The notes under the pieces are model-generated. The model worked only from the letters and a program-made list of their open reading frames with translations, was not told the origin of the DNA and searched no databases. Made by a program: the position numbers and the translations under genes. 39,322 nucleotides of DNA from a virus (lineage: Duplodnaviria; Caudoviricetes): IMG/VR virus record IMGVR_UViG_3300006735_000076, positions 1-39,322 of that record, one strand, 5' to 3'. Position 1 is the stretch's first letter; each line of letters opens with the position of its first letter. Positions 1 to 8,341 of the stretch are shown in pieces.

Positions 1-42
1 CAAAACATAGACGACATGGAATGTGGATGTGAGGAAGAATGA
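1..42 (+). CDS. 3' end of an upstream ORF (partial, ...QNIDDMECGCEEE*)
   Basis: Frame 1 is open from the window edge to TGA at 40-42, which overlaps the next ATG (ATGA) and carries its GAGGA RBS, as at the downstream junctions. Confidence 0.6.
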   Translation, partial: QNIDDMECGCEEE

Positions 43-254
43 TTGACACAGACAAATACGAAGGGCTAACGATTGACGATTGGTATAAGATGAATCACCA
101 TGATTGGAAAGATGTTGTGAATGAACACAATAACCTACTCGCAGAAGTCAAGCAGGTACATGAAATACTTAGAGAAGCATTCAGCACAGAAGCGAAGCAT
201 AGTGGTGCTGAATACTTGAACATGATTGCGAGAGTGACGGGGTTGATTGAATGA
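39..254 (+). CDS. small hypothetical protein (71 aa)
   Basis: GAGGAAG RBS; ATGA overlaps at both ends. Confidence 0.75.
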   Translation: MIDTDKYEGLTIDDWYKMNHHDWKDVVNEHNNLLAEVKQVHEILREAFSTEAKHSGAEYLNMIARVTGLIE

Positions 255-463
255 GTGTTAACCCTAACAATATAATGAGATGTGAAAAATGCCATGTGCA
301 TTCATACGATCTAATATTTTTACAGTGTGAAAATTGTGGTCACATGACTGACAGGCACAAAGAATTAGTGGGCGAGGACAGAGAAAACCTCGACAACTAT
401 CTTAAGGCAAGAAGAGTCGCAAGGAAAAAATACGAAGACAGAGTATGGAGGAATGAAGAATGA
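251..463 (+). CDS. small Zn-ribbon protein
   Basis: CEKC...CENCG pair; ATGA overlaps at both ends. Confidence 0.75.
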   Translation: MSVNPNNIMRCEKCHVHSYDLIFLQCENCGHMTDRHKELVGEDRENLDNYLKARRVARKKYEDRVWRNEE

Positions 464-672
464 AAAGAGATATGATAACAATACAGATAGAAGCAGGTTG
501 CCCTAGTGGTCGCAGTGAGCATGAAGAGATTGGTTTTTGGAACCAATCTAATATAGTAACCGTACACAAGAAATTGGTTGTGGACTTCATTGGTAACATA
601 ATGGAGTACGCTAGACAACAAGCAGAAGCGCCACACTGGAGATACAGTTGGCACTACGACGAGGAGGAATGA
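460..672 (+). CDS. small hypothetical protein (70 aa)
   Basis: GGAGG RBS at 447; coupled at both ends; ends DEEE*. Confidence 0.7.
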   Translation: MKRDMITIQIEAGCPSGRSEHEEIGFWNQSNIVTVHKKLVVDFIGNIMEYARQQAEAPHWRYSWHYDEEE

Positions 673-1310
673 ATATGGTAGAAGTAGACATAGATATAGA
701 GAGCGAAATAGAGAGCGCAGTAGAAGAAGCGATGGCTAATCATGAGCCTGATTATGATGAGATAAGGTGTCAGATTGAAGACGACATTTTGTCCCAAGTA
801 GATGACCACATCGACTGGTCTAATGCTGAGTACAACCTAGACATAGATGGTTTGGTTGATTCAGCAATTGACTACAAAGACTTCATCGAAGAAGACGACT
901 TGGCTGACAAGATAGTTGAGTTTGTAGAAAGTGGTTGTGATGTTGTAGATGGCATTGCTCTTGAATTACTAGAGCGAGCAGTTAAGACACAAGGTGGAAT
1001 GACACCAAGAGACTTTTACTTACCTACGTGGGATGACTGGCATGAACTACAAGCACAAGTACGAGCACTATCTCAGATAATCGATACATCAAGTGTCAGG
1101 ACATCTCTAGCAGATGACATAGTGAATTCTTACATCGCTAAAGATGTAAACACTGAGACACTGATGAACACAATTGCAAACCTACGCAACGAAAGATACC
1201 AAGCGATTCGATATCTGTCCAAGCCTGACTTGATTGCATGGGCGGCAGAGAATGGCTTCGGTGACTTAAGTGCCCTGAAGGTAACAGATATACACAAGGT
1301 GATACTATGA
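669..1310 (+). CDS. hypothetical protein with a highly acidic N-terminal half
   Basis: Start moved from 648 to ATG 669 (or 675) after GAGGAGG; about 35 D/E against 3 K/R in the first ~100 aa. Confidence 0.8.
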   Translation: MNMVEVDIDIESEIESAVEEAMANHEPDYDEIRCQIEDDILSQVDDHIDWSNAEYNLDIDGLVDSAIDYKDFIEEDDLADKIVEFVESGCDVVDGIALELLERAVKTQGGMTPRDFYLPTWDDWHELQAQVRALSQIIDTSSVRTSLADDIVNSYIAKDVNTETLMNTIANLRNERYQAIRYLSKPDLIAWAAENGFGDLSALKVTDIHKVIL

Positions 1311-1495
1311 GAGAAAAATTAGAGACAATAGAAGAATTGAAAGTGCATTTGGAGGAGGCGTGTCACGCCGCTTTCCACTTGAAGAAGTTGGGTGTCTTTG
1401 ACAACCATGTTTACGAGCAAGAGTTCAATGGTAAGATAGCCTTTATGGAATCGCTGGTAGCGGTAGCAGAGGCAGTGATTAGAGGCGATGAATGA
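1307..1495 (+). CDS. small hypothetical protein (62 aa)
   Basis: AGGTGA RBS; ATGA overlaps. Confidence 0.7.
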   Translation: MREKLETIEELKVHLEEACHAAFHLKKLGVFDNHVYEQEFNGKIAFMESLVAVAEAVIRGDE

Positions 1496-1671
1496 TGATG
1501 TGCAGCACATGTAGACAAGAGGCAGTAACTAGGTGCGACAAATGTAACAGCCCTGTATGCAGGGACTGTCTACAGATCGTAGTGGACAAACCGACAGACA
1601 GTCACGTTTCAGTTTACCACAAAGAAACGTGCGTACCTAGAAGGCACAAAAAGAAGGAGTTGGAAGTATGA
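1492..1671 (+). CDS. 59-aa Zn-finger protein (B-box/HIT-like); not in ORF track
   Basis: Translated by hand: MMMCSTCRQEAVTRCDKCNSPVCRDCLQIVVDKPTDSHVSVYHKETCVPRRHKKKELEV*. It fills the gap exactly with ATGA overlaps at both ends. Confidence 0.8.
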   Translation: MMMCSTCRQEAVTRCDKCNSPVCRDCLQIVVDKPTDSHVSVYHKETCVPRRHKKKELEV

Positions 1672-1943
1672 TATTTAAAGATGAGTTTGTAAAGAAAATG
1701 CAAACGATGAAGAATCTTGCAGAGATGGAAATAAACAGGGTATTGGATGAGGTCGAGAAACTGACTGTCTTTAGAGATAGGGTACTTGCCGCTTTCCATG
1801 AGATGCCCCGAAATAAAAGGAGCCTAACCTACTTACTCAATGAGTTGGGCTATCTAAATCATTACCCGGAAGGACTTGGACTCTATGAGTTGAAGCCTTG
1901 GTGGATGTCGAGGGCGCAGCAATACATAGATGAGGAGGAATAA
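1668..1943 (+). CDS. hypothetical protein (91 aa)
   Basis: Coupled to the previous ORF; ends DEEE*. Confidence 0.7.
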   Translation: MIFKDEFVKKMQTMKNLAEMEINRVLDEVEKLTVFRDRVLAAFHEMPRNKRSLTYLLNELGYLNHYPEGLGLYELKPWWMSRAQQYIDEEE

Positions 1944-1945
1944 AA

Positions 1946-2395
1946 ATGAACATGAATAGAGAAGCATTAGAAGAAGAGGCAAGGAAGATACAGGAGCAGG
2001 CCAAGTTAGCGCAGGCTGGCTTAAAGACTATGAAGAATCTACAGAAGTGTTTTGTACGTGGACATGAGTTTGAATTGCAATTGGTAGAGCAAGAGTTTCA
2101 CGAAATACTTCAGATGCGATTAGTGTGCTCAGTGTGTGGTGCACAGACAGAACTGTTTGAGCACATCGAACTGACCATGCCTGACGATGAGGAGAAAGTC
2201 GGTGCATTGGCTTGTTTAGGACTAAACGAAATAGATGTAGAGGCACCTGAAGAAGAGGAAGAGGAAACCCCTGAACCATATGGGTTTAACCCTGTGGAAC
2301 CTAGTGTAGACAACCCCTATGAAGCCAAACCTAGTAAAGTCCCAAGCGATATAATGGAGAGAGTGCAGAGGCGATACGATGGTGGAACTAATTGA
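1946..2395 (+). CDS. hypothetical protein, probable Zn-binding, acidic/Pro-rich tail
   Basis: GAGGAGG RBS; C-x4-H plus CSVCG; poly-E linker. Confidence 0.7.
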   Translation: MNMNREALEEEARKIQEQAKLAQAGLKTMKNLQKCFVRGHEFELQLVEQEFHEILQMRLVCSVCGAQTELFEHIELTMPDDEEKVGALACLGLNEIDVEAPEEEEEETPEPYGFNPVEPSVDNPYEAKPSKVPSDIMERVQRRYDGGTN

Positions 2396-4364
2396 TTACA
2401 GCGACAAATTTGGCAAGCGAATTGGTATGAAGTACCCGTACAATCCCGAACTCAACAACGCTTTGAAGTCCAAGATTGGATTTCCCGGTGTGAAGTGGGA
2501 CGGGGAACACAAGGTATGGAGTATACAAGACAACCGCACAGTCATACTGATTGCGGCTGAGACACTGGTAGACTTCGGTCTTGATGGTGAAGACTTGTAC
2601 AACCGTGCAAACATTCACCCAGTAGACCAGCGCAATCCTAATGACTGTTGGGTAGAAGAGTCAGGTACAAGACTCAAAGTCCATTGGCCGTTCATCAAAG
2701 ACGCAGAGTTGCGAGAGCAGGTCAGGCTTGCCATCCGTTCAATCGATGGGCGCAAGTTTGAGCCGCTTGCAAAGTGCTGGAGTATTCCTCTAGCACAGGG
2801 TAAGATACTCTATAACACTATGAAGGACTTGTACTCTCCGCTAGCAGAGGCTATCCTGAACTGTGATGCAGCAGTGCACGATGTTTGGGACAGTATCAAG
2901 CGGGTAGAAATGAGTAGCGCCGCTGAGTTATCGGCTGAGGACTTGAAAGAGATTGACAACAGACTGGAGTCAAGAATCCCTCCTCACTTAGAACTATACC
3001 CATTCCAAAAGGTGGGCGTAGCATTTGCTGAGGCTAGCAACGGTCGTTGCCTAATTGGTGACGAGATGGGTGTAGGTAAAACAATACAGGCTATTGGTTA
3101 TGCTGCCATCAATCACGCTAGGCCCGGATTAGTTGTGTGTCCTGCCAACGTCAAGTACAACTGGCAGAAGGAAATCAAGAAGTGGTTACCGGGTGAGATG
3201 GTTCAGGTTATTGACAGTAGTAAAACTGAAATGGTTCCGGCTGAGTTCTACATTATCACTTACGATCTTCTAGTTAATCGATTGCAGGACATCTTGAGGA
3301 TAAGACCACAACTGACTATCATCGATGAGGCACACTACATCAAGAACAGTAAGGCCCAGCGCACAGTCGCCACAATGACTGTAGCAAGGCATTGCCCTAG
3401 AGTGATAGCACTCAGCGGTACAGCGATTGCAAGTAGGCCGAAGGAGTTCTTCAACGTGCTCAACCTGTTGCGTCCTGACGAATTTAATTCCGAGTGGAAC
3501 TTCAAGCAGAGTTACTGTGACCCGTTCCACAATGGGTTCGGTTGGAACTTCGACGGAGCATCCAACACCAAAGAGTTGAACGAACGCACTCGTGATGTGT
3601 GCATCCGTAGACTCAAGAGCGAGGTATTGCCTGACCTACCACCTAGAACAAGGCAGTTCCTACCTATTCAACTTACACCTGAACAGCGTAGAACATACGA
3701 CATCGCTCAGGATGAATGGGAGCAGCGCATCAACGAGTACTATCTCAATGGCGAGTCTATTCCTCCCGGTACCATTTTGGTAATGTTGGGTGACCTGAGA
3801 AAGAAGTGTGGAGAAATCAAGATACCTTATGCTTGTGATTGGGTGAAGGAATACAACGCAAGTACAGGTAAACCGCTGATTGTTTTCGCACATCACTCGG
3901 ACATCATCAAAGGCATATCGATGGGTATTGGTGACCTAAAGGTTGCTAACATTACAGGACAGACACCTGCGAAGGAGAGGATGAATATCGTAGACTCCTT
4001 CCAAGAAGGACATGTCGATGTTCTAGTCTGTAGTACAATGGCTGCTAAGGAAGGTCTGACTCTGACTAAGGCTGATACCATTCTATTCATTGAGAGAGAA
4101 TGGGTGCCTTCTGATGAAGAGCAGGCTGAGGCTAGAGTACACCGTATTGGTCAAGAGAGTGACAACGTACACTCTGTTTATCTGTCTTGTATGAACACTG
4201 TTGATGAGCACTTCGATCGAGTGGTTGAACAGAAGCGACAGGTTGTTAAAGCGGTACTCGACGGAGGAGATGTTGAGGAGAGGAAGAGCCTAGTAAAGGA
4301 ACTGGTGAAGAGAATGAAAGCAGATAGAGATTGGACATGGGCAGAGGTGACTGAAAATGTATGA
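2379..4364 (+). CDS. SNF2-family helicase/translocase, SMARCAL1/HARP-like
   Basis: Q motif LYPFQ, Walker A GDEMGVGKT, DEAH, LSGT, IRRLK, VFAHH, EGLTLT, QAEARVHRIGQ; two N-terminal HARP-like repeats ending W-S-I. Confidence 0.92.
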   Translation: MVELIDYSDKFGKRIGMKYPYNPELNNALKSKIGFPGVKWDGEHKVWSIQDNRTVILIAAETLVDFGLDGEDLYNRANIHPVDQRNPNDCWVEESGTRLKVHWPFIKDAELREQVRLAIRSIDGRKFEPLAKCWSIPLAQGKILYNTMKDLYSPLAEAILNCDAAVHDVWDSIKRVEMSSAAELSAEDLKEIDNRLESRIPPHLELYPFQKVGVAFAEASNGRCLIGDEMGVGKTIQAIGYAAINHARPGLVVCPANVKYNWQKEIKKWLPGEMVQVIDSSKTEMVPAEFYIITYDLLVNRLQDILRIRPQLTIIDEAHYIKNSKAQRTVATMTVARHCPRVIALSGTAIASRPKEFFNVLNLLRPDEFNSEWNFKQSYCDPFHNGFGWNFDGASNTKELNERTRDVCIRRLKSEVLPDLPPRTRQFLPIQLTPEQRRTYDIAQDEWEQRINEYYLNGESIPPGTILVMLGDLRKKCGEIKIPYACDWVKEYNASTGKPLIVFAHHSDIIKGISMGIGDLKVANITGQTPAKERMNIVDSFQEGHVDVLVCSTMAAKEGLTLTKADTILFIEREWVPSDEEQAEARVHRIGQESDNVHSVYLSCMNTVDEHFDRVVEQKRQVVKAVLDGGDVEERKSLVKELVKRMKADRDWTWAEVTENV

Positions 4365-4614
4365 TAAGAAAATAAAAGAATTAGAAGAGAATTTGGATGA
4401 AGTAGAGAACTTGTTAGAATTAACTACTGAAGTTATAGACAAGATGTCGGAAGAAATAGCGGACTTAAAAGAAACTAACGCAAGACTGATTAGGGAGATA
4501 GAATCATTGGCTGATGATATACCTTCTTCAGAATTGTTGGCAAGCGCAGTCCGTGAAATACAAGACGAGATGAAGAAAGTAGATAGAAAATTAATACTAA
4601 TACATGAGGTGTAA
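4357..4614 (+). CDS. coiled-coil protein (85 aa)
   Basis: GAGGTGA RBS; heptad L/I pattern, E/K rich. Confidence 0.75.
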   Translation: MYDKKIKELEENLDEVENLLELTTEVIDKMSEEIADLKETNARLIREIESLADDIPSSELLASAVREIQDEMKKVDRKLILIHEV

Positions 4615-4616
4615 AA

Positions 4617-4940
4617 ATGACAAAGGAACAAGTAACAATACAAGCAACAGATGTAGATATAAACGGTGTATGGCACTGGGACGGCAAGGAGATACCACTA
4701 CTTGGTAATCACATACCGATTCCTGAAAATGTTAGATTGACCATGGACCCTGAGCGACAAGAGGTGTTGATGTTAGTCAGTGCAGATGGCTGGCTGGACA
4801 TGTGCCCTAAGTGTGGCACTACCCCAGCACCGGGTGTGATACTAGTCACAGAGTATACCAAGATGTACCCAGCACATTGCTGTAACAGCATGATTTGGAT
4901 GACTGATGAGAGGGATAACAATGACATCTATGAAGCCTGA
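4617..4940 (+). CDS. hypothetical Zn-ribbon protein
   Basis: GAGGTG RBS; CPKCG ... HCC. Confidence 0.75.
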   Translation: MTKEQVTIQATDVDINGVWHWDGKEIPLLGNHIPIPENVRLTMDPERQEVLMLVSADGWLDMCPKCGTTPAPGVILVTEYTKMYPAHCCNSMIWMTDERDNNDIYEA

Positions 4941-5652
4941 TGACGAAGCAACACCTGAGCAGCAGGTAGAACTACTGCTGAATGGGCTGGCGATCGGTGC
5001 CCTTTGGGAACCTGCCGGTCACGGCTTGACATACATGAAGACCGGTGATAGAGAAGTTGAACTCATGGTACAACAGGACAGTGCTGAGTCAGCGCAGTCC
5101 CGTGTTCGATTGGGAATACTCATGGCTAAAACTGGGTGGCAGGTAAAGGAGGACAGCGTACAGATTGCACCCTCTGAGAACCTATCACCCCAGCAGCAGT
5201 ATATGAAGGAACAAATGAAGAGGCAAGAGATAGCACAGTCCACATGGAAGTGTCAAACACCTGATTGTGGTTGTTTGTTATCGGCATTTCCTTTAGAGCA
5301 GGCTGAGTGGATATTAGTAGCACAGGAGAAAATGAATGACGACCTTGGTATCGAACAAGATGTAGAAATTTGGGCAGTCAATATTGTCTGTCCTGTGTGT
5401 GACACAACTATCTCTATGGAACCATTGGAATATGCAATGTTGGCAGGTGACGATCTGATGATGTCATACAGAACCCCCAAGGTTCAACTGGACGCACTTG
5501 ACAGGAATACAATTGTGAGAGTAATTGACACTAGTCCGGGCGCTGGGAACATAATCATCACTGGTTCATTCTGTCCATTCAGCGGTGCTTTATTGCCACC
5601 GCATGTCAGAGGAGCAGTAGTAATGTGGAAAGAAATAGGAGAGGAAGAGTAA
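4921..5652 (+). CDS. hypothetical protein with Zn-binding motifs
   Basis: Likely ATG 4921 after GAGGGA; CQTPDC and CPVC motifs; ends GEEE*. Confidence 0.75.
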   Translation: MTSMKPDDEATPEQQVELLLNGLAIGALWEPAGHGLTYMKTGDREVELMVQQDSAESAQSRVRLGILMAKTGWQVKEDSVQIAPSENLSPQQQYMKEQMKRQEIAQSTWKCQTPDCGCLLSAFPLEQAEWILVAQEKMNDDLGIEQDVEIWAVNIVCPVCDTTISMEPLEYAMLAGDDLMMSYRTPKVQLDALDRNTIVRVIDTSPGAGNIIITGSFCPFSGALLPPHVRGAVVMWKEIGEEE

Positions 5653-5921
5653 TGAGTAAAAACATAAAGGTCAAATTTGCTAACTTAGCGGAAGAAGTGT
5701 TGAAAGAAGAGAGCCGAGCCTTATCAGTTGAGGTGATTATAAGCAAGGTCGCAGCCAAGGCATTGACTAAAAGACTAAAGAATGGCAGGCAAGCATCTAA
5801 CAGATATTTGCGTAGTATGAATGGAAGGACGGCCCACCACATCATCAAGAATGATAGTCGCTTTGTCAAGACAGAGCAAGAAGAGTGGCGTGTCAATCTA
5901 TGGACACTAGCGGAGGAATGA
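5652..5921 (+). CDS. putative winged-helix DNA-binding protein
   Basis: ATG 5652 overlaps the upstream TAA; basic; helix-'ALS'-helix...F-x-K...W-x-L pattern; similar to 17852..18121. Confidence 0.6.
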   Translation: MSKNIKVKFANLAEEVLKEESRALSVEVIISKVAAKALTKRLKNGRQASNRYLRSMNGRTAHHIIKNDSRFVKTEQEEWRVNLWTLAEE

Positions 5922-6016
5922 ATATGAGTTGGATTGAAGAATGGTTTCCACCTGAATGCACCAAGTGCATGAAGTTCGGGAAGGAATGTAAGTGCAAAGA
6001 AAAAAAGGAGGAATGA
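5918..6016 (+). CDS. 32-aa Cys micro-protein; not in ORF track
   Basis: MNMSWIEEWFPPECTKCMKFGKECKCKEKKEE*; GGAGG RBS; ATGA overlaps at both ends; CxxC...CxC. Confidence 0.65.
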   Translation: MNMSWIEEWFPPECTKCMKFGKECKCKEKKEE

Positions 6017-6303
6017 ATATGAGCGAGGTAGACATTGGTAAAGCATATCCGCAGTACATCGTATGGCGCAAACCTGCTACGAGCAAGCGTCACAAAGGTA
6101 AGAAGGAAACAGTGCTTACCAAAGTCTACCCACCTAGCGGTCCACAAGTGGACATCAGACTACGCAACAATGTAACAGGTGGTTTTACAAGGGAGGGCAT
6201 TCGCCTTTCCTTGGAAGATGCAGTGTCCCTGAGCAAGGCACTGTCTAAACTTGTAGAGCATTTGCAAGAAGAGAGGGAGAGTGAAGAAGGTGTTACTGGC
6301 TGA
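6013..6303 (+). CDS. PC4/YdbC-like ssDNA-binding protein
   Basis: Signature VDIR...FTREGIRLSLE followed by an amphipathic helix, matching the PC4 'VDIR...PT.KGI.L' pattern. Confidence 0.7.
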   Translation: MNMSEVDIGKAYPQYIVWRKPATSKRHKGKKETVLTKVYPPSGPQVDIRLRNNVTGGFTREGIRLSLEDAVSLSKALSKLVEHLQEERESEEGVTG

Positions 6304-7756
6304 AGCAGCAATGCTGTCACGCAGACTCAAGGAGTCCTATACAAGATGGAGGCGTGAAACCGAATCAAGATCGGAAGCCTTCAAGATATCAATCAAAGCA
6401 TTGAAGCAGCGACTCAGTGAGAGAGTCGAAGTGATTGAAGATGTCATCGATATATTCTACCCCAAGTATTCTAAGTACGAACAGCAGTTTGTGTCAGTGC
6501 TTTGGGTTAGAGACAATGTGTGTACAGAGTTGGGTATATCACCCATACACTGGAACACAGTTATGACAGGTAAACCAATCGTGCCATTCTTGGCAACCGA
6601 GTCCTCTGAGATAGGGGGCGAAGGCTGGACAATCAAGCAGGCACTGATGGCAATGCACCGCATCAAGGATGAGGGTGTGCTGTCTATGGCTCAGAACATG
6701 AATGAGGATGAAGCACTGTTGTTTTGGTCTAGGGCAATGGGTGAACAGGAACCTATGCCTATTGACAGATTCTTGCAGATGCTCTCGTATCTACCTGAGT
6801 CAAATGGCATAACCAATCTACAAAGCATTCGCCACCTACTGACGACCATGAGTCCTCAAGAGGTGGCAATCAAGATCTTGCACAAGGAGTTGGTTACACC
6901 TAACAATGAACTGTTCCTTCAGCCGGGACAGCCATTCGTGGCACCTATCTTCCAAGCATGGACATCGATGGTAGCACCATCAGGTGTGTATGCAGATGTG
7001 ATGAAAGGCTCAAGGAGATACTTGCACATCACTGAGTTCCCAAAGGGTTCCTTCAGAGGAACGGTTTACTCTAGGGACAGACAAGTGGTGGGCAAGATGC
7101 ATACATTCGACTTACCATTCCAAGTCGAGGCCATCCTTGAAGTAGAGATGTCCGGTGATAAAATCACCAAGATAACTGATGCCTATTCGATTGGCGAAGA
7201 CTGGGAGGTTTACAGAGTAAACAGGTCAGAGCGTCTTTCTAGGGTAAACAGTTTAGAGCCAACTGTCCCTGTTGACGGTGGTAAACTAGTGGAGAGCGGG
7301 TCGGACATCGGCTCTCTACTGAATCAACTAGACGGCAGAGAAAGACTGCGCCTAGTCAAGTCCGGCCCAGTGGAGATGCGTGATAGCAACGGATGGGTTG
7401 TAATTCAACAGGCGTTCCACATACACTTCTTAGTAAGTGCAATTCGTAAGGATGAGGAGTTCGATACAATCCTGCGCCTATCTGTGCTAGATGGTTATGA
7501 GACATTTGAGGTAGGCGAGAGCAAGGTTCCGACTGATGTAGCCCAACACATAAGAACGAGGCTGGGTCAACAGGGAGTACTTGCGGGGAAATCTTGGATG
7601 CCTATAGACGAATATGGTTTGGTTGTAGTAGCCGAAGTAACCGGCTTCGATCTTAATAAGATGAAAGCCACACACTTGAACATACTATATGCAGATGATA
7701 CACTGGGTTACAGTGATACATCACAACTAACAGATTTGATAGAATTAGCGGAGTGA
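6281..7756 (+). CDS. ATP-dependent DNA ligase homologue, catalytic motifs degenerate (probably inactive)
   Basis: Ligase-like order LQPGQPF..P / G-S-R-x-x-L-H / VYSR / ILEVE / TDAY / SERL..L / ERLRLVK / GW / OB-like C-terminus; the KxDG motif reads VMKG. Confidence 0.6.
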   Translation: MKKVLLAEAAMLSRRLKESYTRWRRETESRSEAFKISIKALKQRLSERVEVIEDVIDIFYPKYSKYEQQFVSVLWVRDNVCTELGISPIHWNTVMTGKPIVPFLATESSEIGGEGWTIKQALMAMHRIKDEGVLSMAQNMNEDEALLFWSRAMGEQEPMPIDRFLQMLSYLPESNGITNLQSIRHLLTTMSPQEVAIKILHKELVTPNNELFLQPGQPFVAPIFQAWTSMVAPSGVYADVMKGSRRYLHITEFPKGSFRGTVYSRDRQVVGKMHTFDLPFQVEAILEVEMSGDKITKITDAYSIGEDWEVYRVNRSERLSRVNSLEPTVPVDGGKLVESGSDIGSLLNQLDGRERLRLVKSGPVEMRDSNGWVVIQQAFHIHFLVSAIRKDEEFDTILRLSVLDGYETFEVGESKVPTDVAQHIRTRLGQQGVLAGKSWMPIDEYGLVVVAEVTGFDLNKMKATHLNILYADDTLGYSDTSQLTDLIELAE

Positions 7757-8052
7757 GAGAAATGGAGATAAAATATGATGGAAAAGAATGCGACCCAAGA
7801 ATCACAAGGTACAGCATAAAGGGATTAGAAGGTTATAGCGGGCATGTTCTGAAACACAACGGTCAATTTACAGACCTTGATTTGGTTTTGAATATAGAGG
7901 GTGTGCCTCATTGGACAGTGTATTACGGAAAGATTCACGCTTCCAATAACAAGAAAGAATTAGAGAAAGAAGTCGAGAAAGCAATTCAAGAATTTAAGAA
8001 GGAATTGAAGACACTCATCCTCTTTTTGCAGATGAGAGGTGGATTAGAATGA
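7753..8052 (+). CDS. hypothetical protein (~96-99 aa)
   Basis: GTG 7753 overlaps the stop (ATG 7762 is an alternative); coupled downstream. Confidence 0.7.
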   Translation: MREMEIKYDGKECDPRITRYSIKGLEGYSGHVLKHNGQFTDLDLVLNIEGVPHWTVYYGKIHASNNKKELEKEVEKAIQEFKKELKTLILFLQMRGGLE

Positions 8053-8192
8053 ATTGGAGAAAAATAATGGAACAGTCAATCATTGGATTGGTGAGCGTAG
8101 CAATAGCACACATAGATAATGGTGATACAGACAAAGCGAGAGATACAATGATGGGAATAATAAACACCCTAGAAGGACAGGTGAAAGCATGA
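8049..8192 (+). CDS. 47-aa hypothetical protein; not in ORF track
   Basis: MNWRKIMEQSIIGLVSVAIAHIDNGDTDKARDTMMGIINTLEGQVKA*; GAGGTG RBS; ATGA overlaps at both ends. Confidence 0.7.
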   Translation: MNWRKIMEQSIIGLVSVAIAHIDNGDTDKARDTMMGIINTLEGQVKA

Positions 8193-8341
8193 AGAGATAT
8201 GAAATGAAAGGAACAGTTATGATTTATAGTCGTGCTGAAAATAAAGATGAGGCCATTCGTAAGTTTGAAGAAGCAATGTCGCGAGCGTTTGCGTACTTGA
8301 TAGTGGACAGTAACTTAGAAATCAAAGAGGTAGAAGCATGA
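8189..8341 (+). CDS. 50-aa hypothetical protein; not in ORF track
   Basis: MKRYEMKGTVMIYSRAENKDEAIRKFEEAMSRAFAYLIVDSNLEIKEVEA*; AGGTGA RBS; ATGA overlaps at both ends. Confidence 0.7.
   Translation: MKRYEMKGTVMIYSRAENKDEAIRKFEEAMSRAFAYLIVDSNLEIKEVEA

Larger units (their letters stand above)
663..6023 (+). repeat. repeated junction GGAGGAATGAATATG at 663-677, 5912-5926 and 6007-6021 (the last two extend to 17 nt)
   Basis: Read directly; each copy is RBS + ATGA stop/start + in-frame ATG. Confidence 0.9.
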
